Assembly (NCBI GenBank): GCA_022564545.1
Contig: JADFLG010000002.1
Location: 203 to 64,202, forward strand
DNA from: Chloroflexota bacterium
GTDB lineage: Bacteria > Chloroflexota > Dehalococcoidia > Lucifugimonadales > Lucifugimonadaceae
Direction: 5' to 3'
Length of the DNA stretch: 64,000 bases
Below are positions 1-8,639 of the stretch, one piece after another (the stretch's first letter is position 1; each line of letters begins with the position of its first letter). A program made the translations under genes and the position numbers. Below the pieces are notes generated by a model. That model worked only from the letters and a program-made list of their open reading frames with translations. It did not search any database and was not told the origin of the DNA.

Positions 1-819
1 GACCGACTGAACCAGCATCATCTTCCACACATCGCCCCTTACGTGGTGGCCCAGTTCATGCGCCATCACCACCTCGATCTCCTCAGGAGTATTCGATTCG
101 ATCAGGGTGTCGGAAATGATGATCCGCCGGGTGCGTCCCCACCCGGTAACCGCCGCGTTCGCCTTCGTTGACTTGTCGCCGAGGTGCCAGACGTAAACGC
201 CCCGCACATGCGTCCCGATCCGGTCGGCCAGTGCGAACAGCCGGTCCTTCAGTTCGCCATCGGGAATCGGTTCGAACTTGTAAAAGAGAGGCAGTATCAG
301 GACCGGCAACAGGGCCGCCAGCGCGACGATCAGCAGCGTCGCCCCAACAGCCGCCCAGAGCCACCACAGGTCGGGCTGCGAACGCAGCAGCCAGTAGATG
401 CCCGATATGACCGCAACGAGCAACACGGTCTGGATCAGCGTTCCCTTGAGCCAGTCCCACAGCCAGCCTGAGAGAGAAAGCTTGCTGAGCCCGAACCGCT
501 TTTCGACCACGAACCCCGAATACACCTCAAACGGGAACTCAATGGCCTGGAGACCTGCCCCGGCTACCAGCAAGTACAACACGACAATCAACGCTGACGT
601 GCTGGTCCAGCCCTCTGCGAGATTTCTGATCGCCTCCGAACCGCCTGCCAGCAGGAACGCCAGTGGTACGACGATGTTCAGGCCCATCGAGATGAGCGAC
701 ATCGTCAGCTTTATCCGCTGATACTGGCGTGCCTTCGGCAGACTTTGGGCTTTTGACGGATCGGGCGATCGGGGTTCTGTGCCGGACGATTCGTCGTCGA
801 TTTTGATCGATTCTTGCAA
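1..819 (-). CDS. M48 family (Ste24/HtpX-like) zinc metallopeptidase, 3' end outside window
   Basis: Absent from the ORF track because there is no stop inside the window. My manual minus-strand translation (codon first bases at multiples of 3) reads ...LGDKSTKANAAVTGWGRTRRIIISDTLIESNTPEEIEVVMAHELGHHVRGDVWKMMLVQSV. The HExxH motif (HELGH) is encoded by 46-60 and is preceded by several hydrophobic helices. Start unresolved: TTG 819 (GAGGTG about 11 nt upstream), GTG 831 or ATG 702. Confidence 0.8.
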   Translation of the reverse strand, partial: MQESIKIDDESSGTEPRSPDPSKAQSLPKARQYQRIKLTMSLISMGLNIVVPLAFLLAGGSEAIRNLAEGWTSTSALIVVLYLLVAGAGLQAIEFPFEVYSGFVVEKRFGLSKLSLSGWLWDWLKGTLIQTVLLVAVISGIYWLLRSQPDLWWLWAAVGATLLIVALAALLPVLILPLFYKFEPIPDGELKDRLFALADRIGTHVRGVYVWHLGDKSTKANAAVTGWGRTRRIIISDTLIESNTPEEIEVVMAHELGHHVRGDVWKMMLVQSV

Positions 820-821
820 AG

Positions 822-1988
822 TCAGTCCCACACCTCGACCGTGCGTTTCTTGAACAGGTCCCAGTCCCACTCGGCACCCCAGCCGGGAGCGTCGGGAGGC
901 GAGATTCGCCCCCGTTCCGGAATGACGGGGTTCATCATGCCAAGAGACTTGCCGACTTCATCGTGCCAGCCGCCGGGGAAGTACTCGTAAAAACTGGTGT
1001 TCTGCACGGAACAGAGCAGGTGGGCGTGAACGAGCCCCCACAGGCCACCGTTGCCGTTGAACTCGACGTTTGTGCCGTGCAGTTCGGCAAGGTGGGCCAG
1101 TTTCAGACCGGCAGTCACACCCGTCCTGGCGTTGTACCTGATCAGGTCAGTCGCACCTGAGATCAGCCACTGGGCCGAGATTTCGACATCGTACATTAGC
1201 GTCTCGTTCGCCATGATCGGGATAGTCAATTCGGCGGCGAGTTGAACGAGTTTATTGTGAAATTGCTCGGTCAGCGGCTCTTCAAACCAGCGGTACCCCA
1301 GTCCTTCCAGCGCCTTTCCGACCGTGACCGCTTCGTCGTACGTGTAGACCGCCACCGGATCGTGCATGAGTTCGATCGCCGGCCCAACGGCCTCGCGAAT
1401 CGCGGTCAGCCATTCGATGTTTTCCCTGAATGGGTGGTAGAAGTGGTCTTTGGTAGCTATGAAGCCTTCACCGACCGCTGCGCGGGCGTCGTCGACCGCT
1501 TCCTCGATGGTCGCTCCCCGGATGTTGAGGTACGCGGGCAGTGAGTCGCGGACACGCCCTAGCAGTGCCCAAACTGGCATATCTGCCGCCTTGCCCGCGA
1601 TGTCCCACAGGCAGTTGTCGAACGAGCCGAACCATCCCGGAACCCGGTATAACCATCGCGTGCCCTGGTGGAGCTTCTGGTAAAGGTGCTCCCTGTAGAG
1701 CGGGTCTTCTCCGACGACGAGGCCCCGCAGTTGCTCCACATCGTGTCTGGTAAGCGATGCGACGCCTTCTGAAATAGCCGTGCAGTGACCAGTTATGCCC
1801 TCGTCGGTGTCGACGTGGAGGACGAATTCGTGCTGCCGGCGCGTCGCCGAACCGGACTCGGCGCCGGTACTGGACGGTGGTGCGTGGAGCCACCGTTCCC
1901 GTTGTTGGCCGGCGAGCTTTATCAACTCGAACTGGCGCACCGGTTGGTCGGTTTCGAGGACGGTGAGACGTACGTTCGTGATCTTCAT
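822..1988 (-). CDS. enolase superfamily protein (mandelate racemase/muconate lactonizing enzyme family)
   Basis: 388-aa track ORF with an MR/MLE-like capping domain plus barrel. Metal-ligand contexts are LMHDPV, WFEEPL and MANETL. Confidence 0.8.
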   Translation of the reverse strand: MKITNVRLTVLETDQPVRQFELIKLAGQQRERWLHAPPSSTGAESGSATRRQHEFVLHVDTDEGITGHCTAISEGVASLTRHDVEQLRGLVVGEDPLYREHLYQKLHQGTRWLYRVPGWFGSFDNCLWDIAGKAADMPVWALLGRVRDSLPAYLNIRGATIEEAVDDARAAVGEGFIATKDHFYHPFRENIEWLTAIREAVGPAIELMHDPVAVYTYDEAVTVGKALEGLGYRWFEEPLTEQFHNKLVQLAAELTIPIMANETLMYDVEISAQWLISGATDLIRYNARTGVTAGLKLAHLAELHGTNVEFNGNGGLWGLVHAHLLCSVQNTSFYEYFPGGWHDEVGKSLGMMNPVIPERGRISPPDAPGWGAEWDWDLFKKRTVEVWD

Positions 1989-2057
1989 CGGTCTTCCCCG
2001 GAGTGTCAGCCGCTGACGAAGTGATTGCCGCCGATTGTTTAGAACATTCGCTGACTT

Positions 2058-3227
2058 TTACGCCGGTTCGTCCACAATAACGGCTTTTCCCCGCGTGAAG
2101 CGTTCGAGAACTGTTTCGTCTACTTCAATACCGAGTCCGGGCCGTGCCGGAACTTCGACCCTGCTGTTCGTCTGCGTGAAAAACGGTTCGGTAAGGTTTT
2201 CTCTTATCGGGTGCGGAGTCTGATCGAACTCCAGAACAGACTCGTTCTGATACGGGATACTGGTCTGCCCGATCTGGTTGACGGGCTGAACCGCAAGTGC
2301 GTGGAGCGCGGCGGCGAAACTGATCCCGGTGCCCCAGAAGTGTGGATTGAACTTCACTCCAAACGCCTGTGCCATCAGCCCGACTCGGTGCATTTCCGAG
2401 GGGCCGCCCACTCCGCAAATGTCGGGCTGGATGATGTCGAAAGTCCGGTTCGCCAGCCGAGGTGCGAATTCCCAGCGCGTGGAAAGACTCTCACCGCCAG
2501 ATATCGGAATAGGCGAACGTTCCTGCACGAGTTTGTTTGCGGCGTCGTCCCTCGATGCACACGGTTCCTCGAACCAGGTGAGTTCGTTATCGGCAACCAT
2601 GTTGGCAAACGTAATGGCGGTGGCCGGGTCATATGACTCGTTAGCGTCGAACATGAGCCGGACATCGGGGCCGATCGTCTCACGCACCGCTCGGATCCGC
2701 GCCGCGTCTTCGCTGAGGGGCAACGCGCCGACCTTCATTTTCATGCCCGAGAAACCCTGGTCGACGTAGCCCATGGCCTCGTCTAGCAGGGGCTGCAGGG
2801 CGTAGCCGTCGACGTAGTACAGGCCGGTGGCGTAAACCGGGACCGAGTCGTGGATTCGCCCGCCCATCACTTCTGCTACCGGTTTGCCCGTGCTTTTGCC
2901 GACGATGTCGTGCAGTGCAGTGTCGATGGCGCTGATCGCGTTGCTCGCGCCCTTTGCAAAAACGTGGCTCTGGTATACGGCCCGATGCAGCTTGTGCCAG
3001 ATCTTGCCGAGATGGCCCGGGTCTTCTCCGATTGCCACACGGGCGAGGGTTGCGATGCCCGGGACTGAATCGCCGGAACCGTACGTTTCGCCCCAGCCAA
3101 CGATTCCGTCGTCGGTGATGACTTTCATGACGATCACGCTGCGAACGTTGGTCCATCGCTGGGACCAGCCGAACGGTTGTTCAAGTTCGGCCTCTACGAA
3201 TCGGACCTCGATGCGTTCGATTTTCAT
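2058..3227 (-). CDS. enolase superfamily protein (mandelate racemase/muconate lactonizing enzyme family)
   Basis: 389-aa track ORF. Motifs: MKMKVG, MFDANESYD, WFEEP, ISGGESL, IIQPDI. Confidence 0.85.
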   Translation of the reverse strand: MKIERIEVRFVEAELEQPFGWSQRWTNVRSVIVMKVITDDGIVGWGETYGSGDSVPGIATLARVAIGEDPGHLGKIWHKLHRAVYQSHVFAKGASNAISAIDTALHDIVGKSTGKPVAEVMGGRIHDSVPVYATGLYYVDGYALQPLLDEAMGYVDQGFSGMKMKVGALPLSEDAARIRAVRETIGPDVRLMFDANESYDPATAITFANMVADNELTWFEEPCASRDDAANKLVQERSPIPISGGESLSTRWEFAPRLANRTFDIIQPDICGVGGPSEMHRVGLMAQAFGVKFNPHFWGTGISFAAALHALAVQPVNQIGQTSIPYQNESVLEFDQTPHPIRENLTEPFFTQTNSRVEVPARPGLGIEVDETVLERFTRGKAVIVDEPA

Positions 3228-3267
3228 TGTTGATGCGTGAACAGCTCTGGTTGGATGGGTGGTTTGG

Positions 3268-3365
3268 TAACTATCCCAAAACGCTTGTGGGTCGAGTTGT
3301 TAGACAGACGGGCATGCGTGGGCACCCGTCTCCCGGAGGAGAGGAGGTTTTGAGATAGTTTCTTA
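3268..3365. repeat. palindromic MITE/REP-like element, copy 1 (~98 bp)
   Basis: Termini are GGTAACTATCCCAAAAC ... GTTTTGAGATAGTTTCTTAG, and the terminal 14-mers are inverted repeats (13/14). There is an internal GACGGG..CCCGTC hairpin. It is near-identical in layout to 50657-50757 and shares termini with 58667-58882 (opposite orientation). Confidence 0.8.
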
Positions 3366-4295
3366 GCCGCGCTGGGCCCAGTCGGCATCGAGCTTTTCGA
3401 ACCGGCTGCTGAGTTCTTCTACCACCGACTCAGGGATTGGAAGCTCGTTCTCGACCTGCCTGATGTTGGCCTCCATGTGCGACGGGTCTTTGGTGCCGAC
3501 GATTGCAACGTTGACGTCGGGGTTGGCAAGTGTGTACCCGAGCGAGGTGAGGATCCCGTTCGCGGGCTCGCCCTCGATCGGGCCCAGTGCACACATGGCT
3601 ATGGCGCGCTCAAGATACGGTTCGTCGTACCCGCGGACTTGCGACTTCGATGTCTCACCGCGTGATTTCGCCCAGCTGCCACCGGCGATCGGCCGCTTGA
3701 TTATCGTGCCCATCCCCTTCGATACGGCTTTTTCGAGTAAACCTGAAGTTCGCGCTCGTTGCTCCACAAGGTTGTAGCTGGTTTGGAGAGTGGCGAAGAG
3801 GCCAGAATCGACTGCCCAGTGCGCGGCCTCATTGTCGCCGGAGTAGCCGATAAACCTGGTCTTGCCTGCCTGCTGGGCCTCCTGTAGCGCTCGGACTACG
3901 TCGCCTTTTTCGAGTACGTCTATGTCGCACGAATGGAGTTGCACAAGGTCAACGTGGTCGGTCTTCAGGCGGTGCAAGCTGCGGTCGATCGAATCGACAA
4001 CTGTCTGGTACGTCCATTCTTCACCATCGTACCCGCCGGTGATGTGACCGGCCTTGGTCGCGAGGAAATAGTCGTTTCTGCGATGCGAAACACCGATGCC
4101 AATCAACTCTTCTGATATGCCGTAACAGGCTGATGTGTCGAGGAAGTTGATTCCCCGGTCGAGCGCTGTGTTCAGGACGCTGGAGGCCTGGGCCTGATCG
4201 CCAAGTGAGAGCTCAAATCCCACCTCTGCCAGGCCGACGCCCAGTCGGCTTGTCTCAAATCCTGTGTTTCCAAAACGGACTGTTTGCATCGTCAA
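3363..4295 (-). CDS. aldo/keto reductase
   Basis: 310-aa track ORF. AKR pattern: FLDTSACYG, LATKAG, VDLVQLHS, IGYSG. Confidence 0.85.
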   Translation of the reverse strand: MTMQTVRFGNTGFETSRLGVGLAEVGFELSLGDQAQASSVLNTALDRGINFLDTSACYGISEELIGIGVSHRRNDYFLATKAGHITGGYDGEEWTYQTVVDSIDRSLHRLKTDHVDLVQLHSCDIDVLEKGDVVRALQEAQQAGKTRFIGYSGDNEAAHWAVDSGLFATLQTSYNLVEQRARTSGLLEKAVSKGMGTIIKRPIAGGSWAKSRGETSKSQVRGYDEPYLERAIAMCALGPIEGEPANGILTSLGYTLANPDVNVAIVGTKDPSHMEANIRQVENELPIPESVVEELSSRFEKLDADWAQRG

Positions 4296-4401
4296 TATCG
4301 CTTCTGGATGATTTCGGAATCGCTGGCCCGAAGCTTACTCCCCGGCAGGAATAAACGTGATCGGGAGGCAAATCTGTTTTTGGGATTTGTGGGATTCTGG
4401 C

Positions 4402-4433
4402 AAAAGAAAAGGCCCGTGCAATCTGCACGGGCC
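4402..4433 (-). terminator. rho-independent terminator downstream of the DUF5679 gene
   Basis: GGCCCGTGCA-ATC-TGCACGGGCC hairpin (4411-4433), followed on the minus strand by TTTTCTTTTG. Confidence 0.65.
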
Positions 4434-4455
4434 ATGATGATTACATGCGGCTAGC

Positions 4456-4599
4456 TCAGGTAGCTTTACCGATCTTGAACATCTTAGTGCTGCAGACCGG
4501 GCACGTACCCTGGGAAGCAGGGCGTCCGTTCTTCATCGTAATCTGCTCGGCGTTCTGCATCTCACGCTTGGTCTTACATTTCATGCAGTAGGCTTCCAT
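4456..4599 (-). CDS. DUF5679-like small zinc-ribbon protein (47 aa)
   Basis: Below the track size cutoff. Manual translation: MEAYCMKCKTKREMQNAEQITMKNGRPASQGTCPVCSTKMFKIGKAT. It has two CxxC pairs and a terminator downstream. The family call is from memory of similar Chloroflexota/Actinobacteria mini-proteins. Confidence 0.7.
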   Translation of the reverse strand: MEAYCMKCKTKREMQNAEQITMKNGRPASQGTCPVCSTKMFKIGKAT

Positions 4600-5071
4600 G
4601 GTGGCCCCCCGGAACTTGTAATGTGTGTACTCCGCTTACGAACGCATCGTGCGCTTGTGCGGTAGATCGTTGGACGACCCTACTACATCTTTTTGAACTT
4701 GTCGCTAGTTCAAATGGGCAACTCGGCGTGTGATTACAGGAACCGCCGTTCACTCACCTAGGGGCGGGTGGTGGAATCGTAACCGTGTAGATGGCGATTG
4801 TTACGTAAACCGTCGAAATAACGATATGTAAAAGCTGGAATCAACCAATTTGTAAATTGGTCCATTTTAAGGCATAAAACGGGCAAATTCGTGTATCTGA
4901 CCAATAAACGGCTATTTCCCAACTGTAAACGAGATTGCGCTACGAGTGAGTGTTCATCGTGGGATCAACTATAATTTCGAGTCGAAAATTACCGCTGGCG
5001 GGCATGATTCATATGGTCGCGGTGGCCCGAGAAATCAAATCAGGCAAGTCAGGCCATTCAGGAAAATACCG

Positions 5072-6070
5072 GTGCCAACGACTCAATCGAGTGAATCTGT
5101 AGAGGAACTGAAAATCGACGCGACCAGTGCGTTGCGTTCAGCAGATTCCAGAGATCAGCTCGAGGCATGGCGTGTCGAATATCTTGGGCGCAAGGGTCGC
5201 CTTACGTCGGTTCTCAGGGGTCTCGGATCACTGGACATTGAGCAGCGCAAGGTCGTCGGAGCGTCGGCCAACCGCCTTCGAGCCGAACTGGAATCGCTTT
5301 TCGATGAGCGGCTGCAACAGGCTAAATCGGCCAGGGTTCCCGCAGGCTCAATCGACGTCACCCTTCCGGGTCGCAAACCGGCATTAGGTGGTCTGCACCC
5401 GTCGACTCAGATGATCCGGGAGATCACCCAGGCATTCAACGAGATGGGCTTCCAGACAATTGAGGGTCCAGAGATCGAGTTGGAGCGCTACAACTTCGAC
5501 ATGCTAAATATTCCCGCCGATCACCCGGCGAGAGATCAGTTCGACACGATATGGGTCGATCAGGATTCGCGCGACGATATTTTGTTGCGCACGCACACCT
5601 CGCCGATGCAGGCCCGGGTTATGGAAAAGACCGATCCGCCCGTGCGTGTTGTTGTCCCCGGTAAATGCTACCGGTACGAGGCGACGGACGCGACGCATGA
5701 ATGGCAGTTCAACCAGGTCGAGGGACTGGCCGTGGACGAAGGCATTACGTTTGCCGATCTGAAAGGCACGCTGTACGAGTTTGCCAGGCGCATTTTCGGC
5801 CCCTCACGAAAAGTTCGGTTCCGCTGCGACTACTTCCCGTTTGTCGAACCGGGCGTCGACATGTCGATCGACTGGAACGGCCGTTGGATTGAGATTATGG
5901 GTGCCGGGATGGTCCACCCAAAGGTATTGGAAAACGCCGGGTACGATTCAGATAAATACACAGGGTTCGCGTTCGGCATGGGCCCCGAGCGGATTTCAAT
6001 GTTGCGGAACGACATAACCGACATCAGGCACTTCTTTGCGAACGACCTGCGGTTCCTTACACAGTTTTAG
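5072..6070 (+). CDS. pheS: phenylalanine--tRNA ligase alpha subunit
   Basis: Track ORF 4946..6070. PheS motifs: FDMLNIPADHPARD, LRTHTSPMQ, FGMGPERI. The first 42 codons of the track ORF are not PheS-like. In-frame GTG 5072, preceded by AGGA (5060-5063), gives about 332 aa. Start uncertain. Confidence 0.9.
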   Translation: MPTTQSSESVEELKIDATSALRSADSRDQLEAWRVEYLGRKGRLTSVLRGLGSLDIEQRKVVGASANRLRAELESLFDERLQQAKSARVPAGSIDVTLPGRKPALGGLHPSTQMIREITQAFNEMGFQTIEGPEIELERYNFDMLNIPADHPARDQFDTIWVDQDSRDDILLRTHTSPMQARVMEKTDPPVRVVVPGKCYRYEATDATHEWQFNQVEGLAVDEGITFADLKGTLYEFARRIFGPSRKVRFRCDYFPFVEPGVDMSIDWNGRWIEIMGAGMVHPKVLENAGYDSDKYTGFAFGMGPERISMLRNDITDIRHFFANDLRFLTQF

Positions 6071-6194
6071 GGCCGGCGAACGCGCCGGCCGCTCCTCTTG
6101 TTTTTGGGTATTTGGGTATTTGGCCGGGGCTTAAAAAGCGTCGTATCTGTTACCACCTGTGATTCTGACCGATCGTTAATATTGAGAAATACGC

Positions 6195-8618
6195 ATGAAG
6201 GTCCCTGTTTCCTGGCTGAGTGAGTACGTAGACATCGACATAAGTCTCGACGATCTGGCCGATCGGCTGACGATGGCGGGCAACGAAGTCGTCGCGATCG
6301 AGCGGACCGGCTGGATCGACGATGTCGTGGTGGGTTACGTCCGGGCTGTTCGACCGCATCCCGACGCTGACCGGTTGACACTTGTGACAGTGGATCACGG
6401 CGATGGCGAGGCTGAGGTCGTGTGTGGAGCGCCCAATGTCGCACAGGGCCAGAAAGTTGCCTACGCGTCGATCGGTGCGGTTTTATTTGACGCTTACTCC
6501 GATGAGCCCGGAAAAACCCGGAAGCTGAAGCGTTCTAAGATTCGCGGTGTTGTGTCAGAGGGAATGGTCTGCTCGGTCAGAGAGCTCGGCATTGGCGATG
6601 AACACGACGGAATCCTGGTTCTCGACGAAGGCGCGAGAGTGGGCACGCCGATCGGTGAAGTGATAGGCGAGTCGGTATTAGACATCGAGTTGACGCCGAA
6701 CCGCCCGGACTGTCTTGGAATTGTCGGCGTCGCAAGGGATGTCGCGGCGATCACAGGCAACCAGCTCCGTGAGCCGGACGTTTCGTACGAGTCGACCGGC
6801 CCGGACGTGCACGAGCTTGCATCGGTTGAAATTGCTGATCCAGACCTCTGTCCCAGATATACAGCCTCCGTGATCGAGGGTCTGAAAATCGGTCCATCGC
6901 CGAAGTGGCTGCAGGAACGTTTGGCGTCGGTCGGCGAACGGCCTATCAACAGCATTGTCGACATCACGAACTTCGTGATGTTCGAACTGGGTCAACCGCT
7001 CCATGCGTTCGACTACGACAGGGTTGTAGATCACAAGGTCGTTGTGAGGCGCGCTGCAGACGGTGAAAAGCTCGTCACTCTTGATGAGAAGGAGAGGAAG
7101 CTCGACCGCGACATGCTGCTCATTGCCGACCCCGAGCGTGGAATCGGTCTTGCAGGGGTGATGGGTGGTGCGAATACGGAGATATCGGACACGACGACTA
7201 CGGTCTTTCTGGAGTCGGCGACTTTCCACGGTGTTAACAACCGCCGGACTGCGCGTGCGCTTGAGCTTTCAAGCCAGGCAACCCTGCGTTTTGAGAAGGG
7301 GTTGAGGTCGGGGCTGAGCGAGGTCGGGCTCCGGCGGGCGACAAAACTTATTCTCGAAATTGTTGGCGGGAAGGCCGCTTCGGGGATTATCGACGTGCAT
7401 CCGGGCGATGGGAAGGAACGGCAGTCTGTTGAATTCCGTCGCGACCACATCAAAAAAATTCTCGGTGTCGAGTTCGACAGTACGCTCGTAGAAACAACAC
7501 TCAAGAATCTCGGATTCAACTTCAGAAGACGTGATTATGGATGGCAGGTAAGGATTCCTTACTGGCGTCCTGATATTTCCATTCCAGAGGACCTTGTTGA
7601 AGAGCTTGCACGGATTATTGGGTATGACAATATCCCGGCAACTACACTTTCCGGTCGAACGCCGAAGTGGCAATCGCAGCCTGCACTGGAGCTTCGAAGG
7701 CGCGTTACCGACGCGCTGGTAGAGGCCGGCATGCGAGAGACCATTAGCTACTCTGCCACGACTACCACAGGTGAGGCACGGATCAACCTGCCCGTCGACA
7801 CGCCCCGGGCCATCAAGCTCCGCAATCCGGTCAGTGCCGATTTCGCGGTGATGCGGCGTACTCTGCGAGAAACGATTTTAGAGACGGTCGCCCGCAACTC
7901 GCGCACCTGGCGCGGTCCAATTGCTGTATTTGAGGCCGGTAGCGTGTTCCTCGATTACGGAGAGGGCTTGCCCGAAGAGCGGCAGATGGTGGCCGGGGCG
8001 TTCGCGGGGCCGCGAAACGATCTGCACTGGGACGCCTCAAATGATTCTTCGGACTTCTACGACGCGAAGGGCGCCCTCGAAGCGGTGCTTGGCGATCTGG
8101 GAATCCAGGCGGTCTTCGAGCCCGACGAAGACGCGTCTTTCACGCCAGGGCGCACCGCGGTCGTCAAAGTCCCGGCTGCGGACCACCTGGCGATAGGCGT
8201 CGTTGGTGACGTGGCACGTGACGTTTTTGCACAGTTCGATGCCGAAGTCGAGAGTGTGGCCATGTTTGAACTCGACCTTGCGGCGGTCCTCAAGGTCGTT
8301 CAAGACTCTGGCAAATCTGGCAAGTTTGAAGAGTTTGTCAGGTTGCCAGCGTCACAACGCGATCTTTCGCTTATTGTCGATACCGGCACAACAGCAGGAC
8401 AAATAGTCGAGATCGCAAGTCGCAACAGGATAGTGACATCGGCGACGGTGTTTGACGTGTTTCAGGGTGAGGGTGTTCCCGAAGGCAAAAAGGCCGTTGC
8501 AGTGAGGCTGGTCTACCAGTCGCCGAACAAGACCCTCACCGCGGATCAAGTCGCCAAGATCGAGCAACAGACTCTGAAACAGCTGTTGAATGAACTCGGT
8601 GCGGAGCTCCGCGTTTAA
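6195..8618 (+). CDS. pheT: phenylalanine--tRNA ligase beta subunit
   Basis: 807 aa. It has an N-terminal tRNA-binding OB domain (GYVRAVRPHPDADRLTLVTVD...GAPNV) and a B3/4-B5-core-FDX-ACB layout, and lies downstream of pheS. Confidence 0.93.
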   Translation: MKVPVSWLSEYVDIDISLDDLADRLTMAGNEVVAIERTGWIDDVVVGYVRAVRPHPDADRLTLVTVDHGDGEAEVVCGAPNVAQGQKVAYASIGAVLFDAYSDEPGKTRKLKRSKIRGVVSEGMVCSVRELGIGDEHDGILVLDEGARVGTPIGEVIGESVLDIELTPNRPDCLGIVGVARDVAAITGNQLREPDVSYESTGPDVHELASVEIADPDLCPRYTASVIEGLKIGPSPKWLQERLASVGERPINSIVDITNFVMFELGQPLHAFDYDRVVDHKVVVRRAADGEKLVTLDEKERKLDRDMLLIADPERGIGLAGVMGGANTEISDTTTTVFLESATFHGVNNRRTARALELSSQATLRFEKGLRSGLSEVGLRRATKLILEIVGGKAASGIIDVHPGDGKERQSVEFRRDHIKKILGVEFDSTLVETTLKNLGFNFRRRDYGWQVRIPYWRPDISIPEDLVEELARIIGYDNIPATTLSGRTPKWQSQPALELRRRVTDALVEAGMRETISYSATTTTGEARINLPVDTPRAIKLRNPVSADFAVMRRTLRETILETVARNSRTWRGPIAVFEAGSVFLDYGEGLPEERQMVAGAFAGPRNDLHWDASNDSSDFYDAKGALEAVLGDLGIQAVFEPDEDASFTPGRTAVVKVPAADHLAIGVVGDVARDVFAQFDAEVESVAMFELDLAAVLKVVQDSGKSGKFEEFVRLPASQRDLSLIVDTGTTAGQIVEIASRNRIVTSATVFDVFQGEGVPEGKKAVAVRLVYQSPNKTLTADQVAKIEQQTLKQLLNELGAELRV

Positions 8619-8639
8619 TGGCCGATAGATGGCACTCTA

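Noticed and set aside
4700-5071. Possible T-box riboswitch in the pheS leader (GGGTGGTGGAATCG at about 4765; UUC triplets present).
   Set aside because: The 14-nt T-box core (GGGUGGUACCGCG-like) and an adjacent terminator/antiterminator pair are not recognisable by eye. It is retained only as a question in the leader finding.
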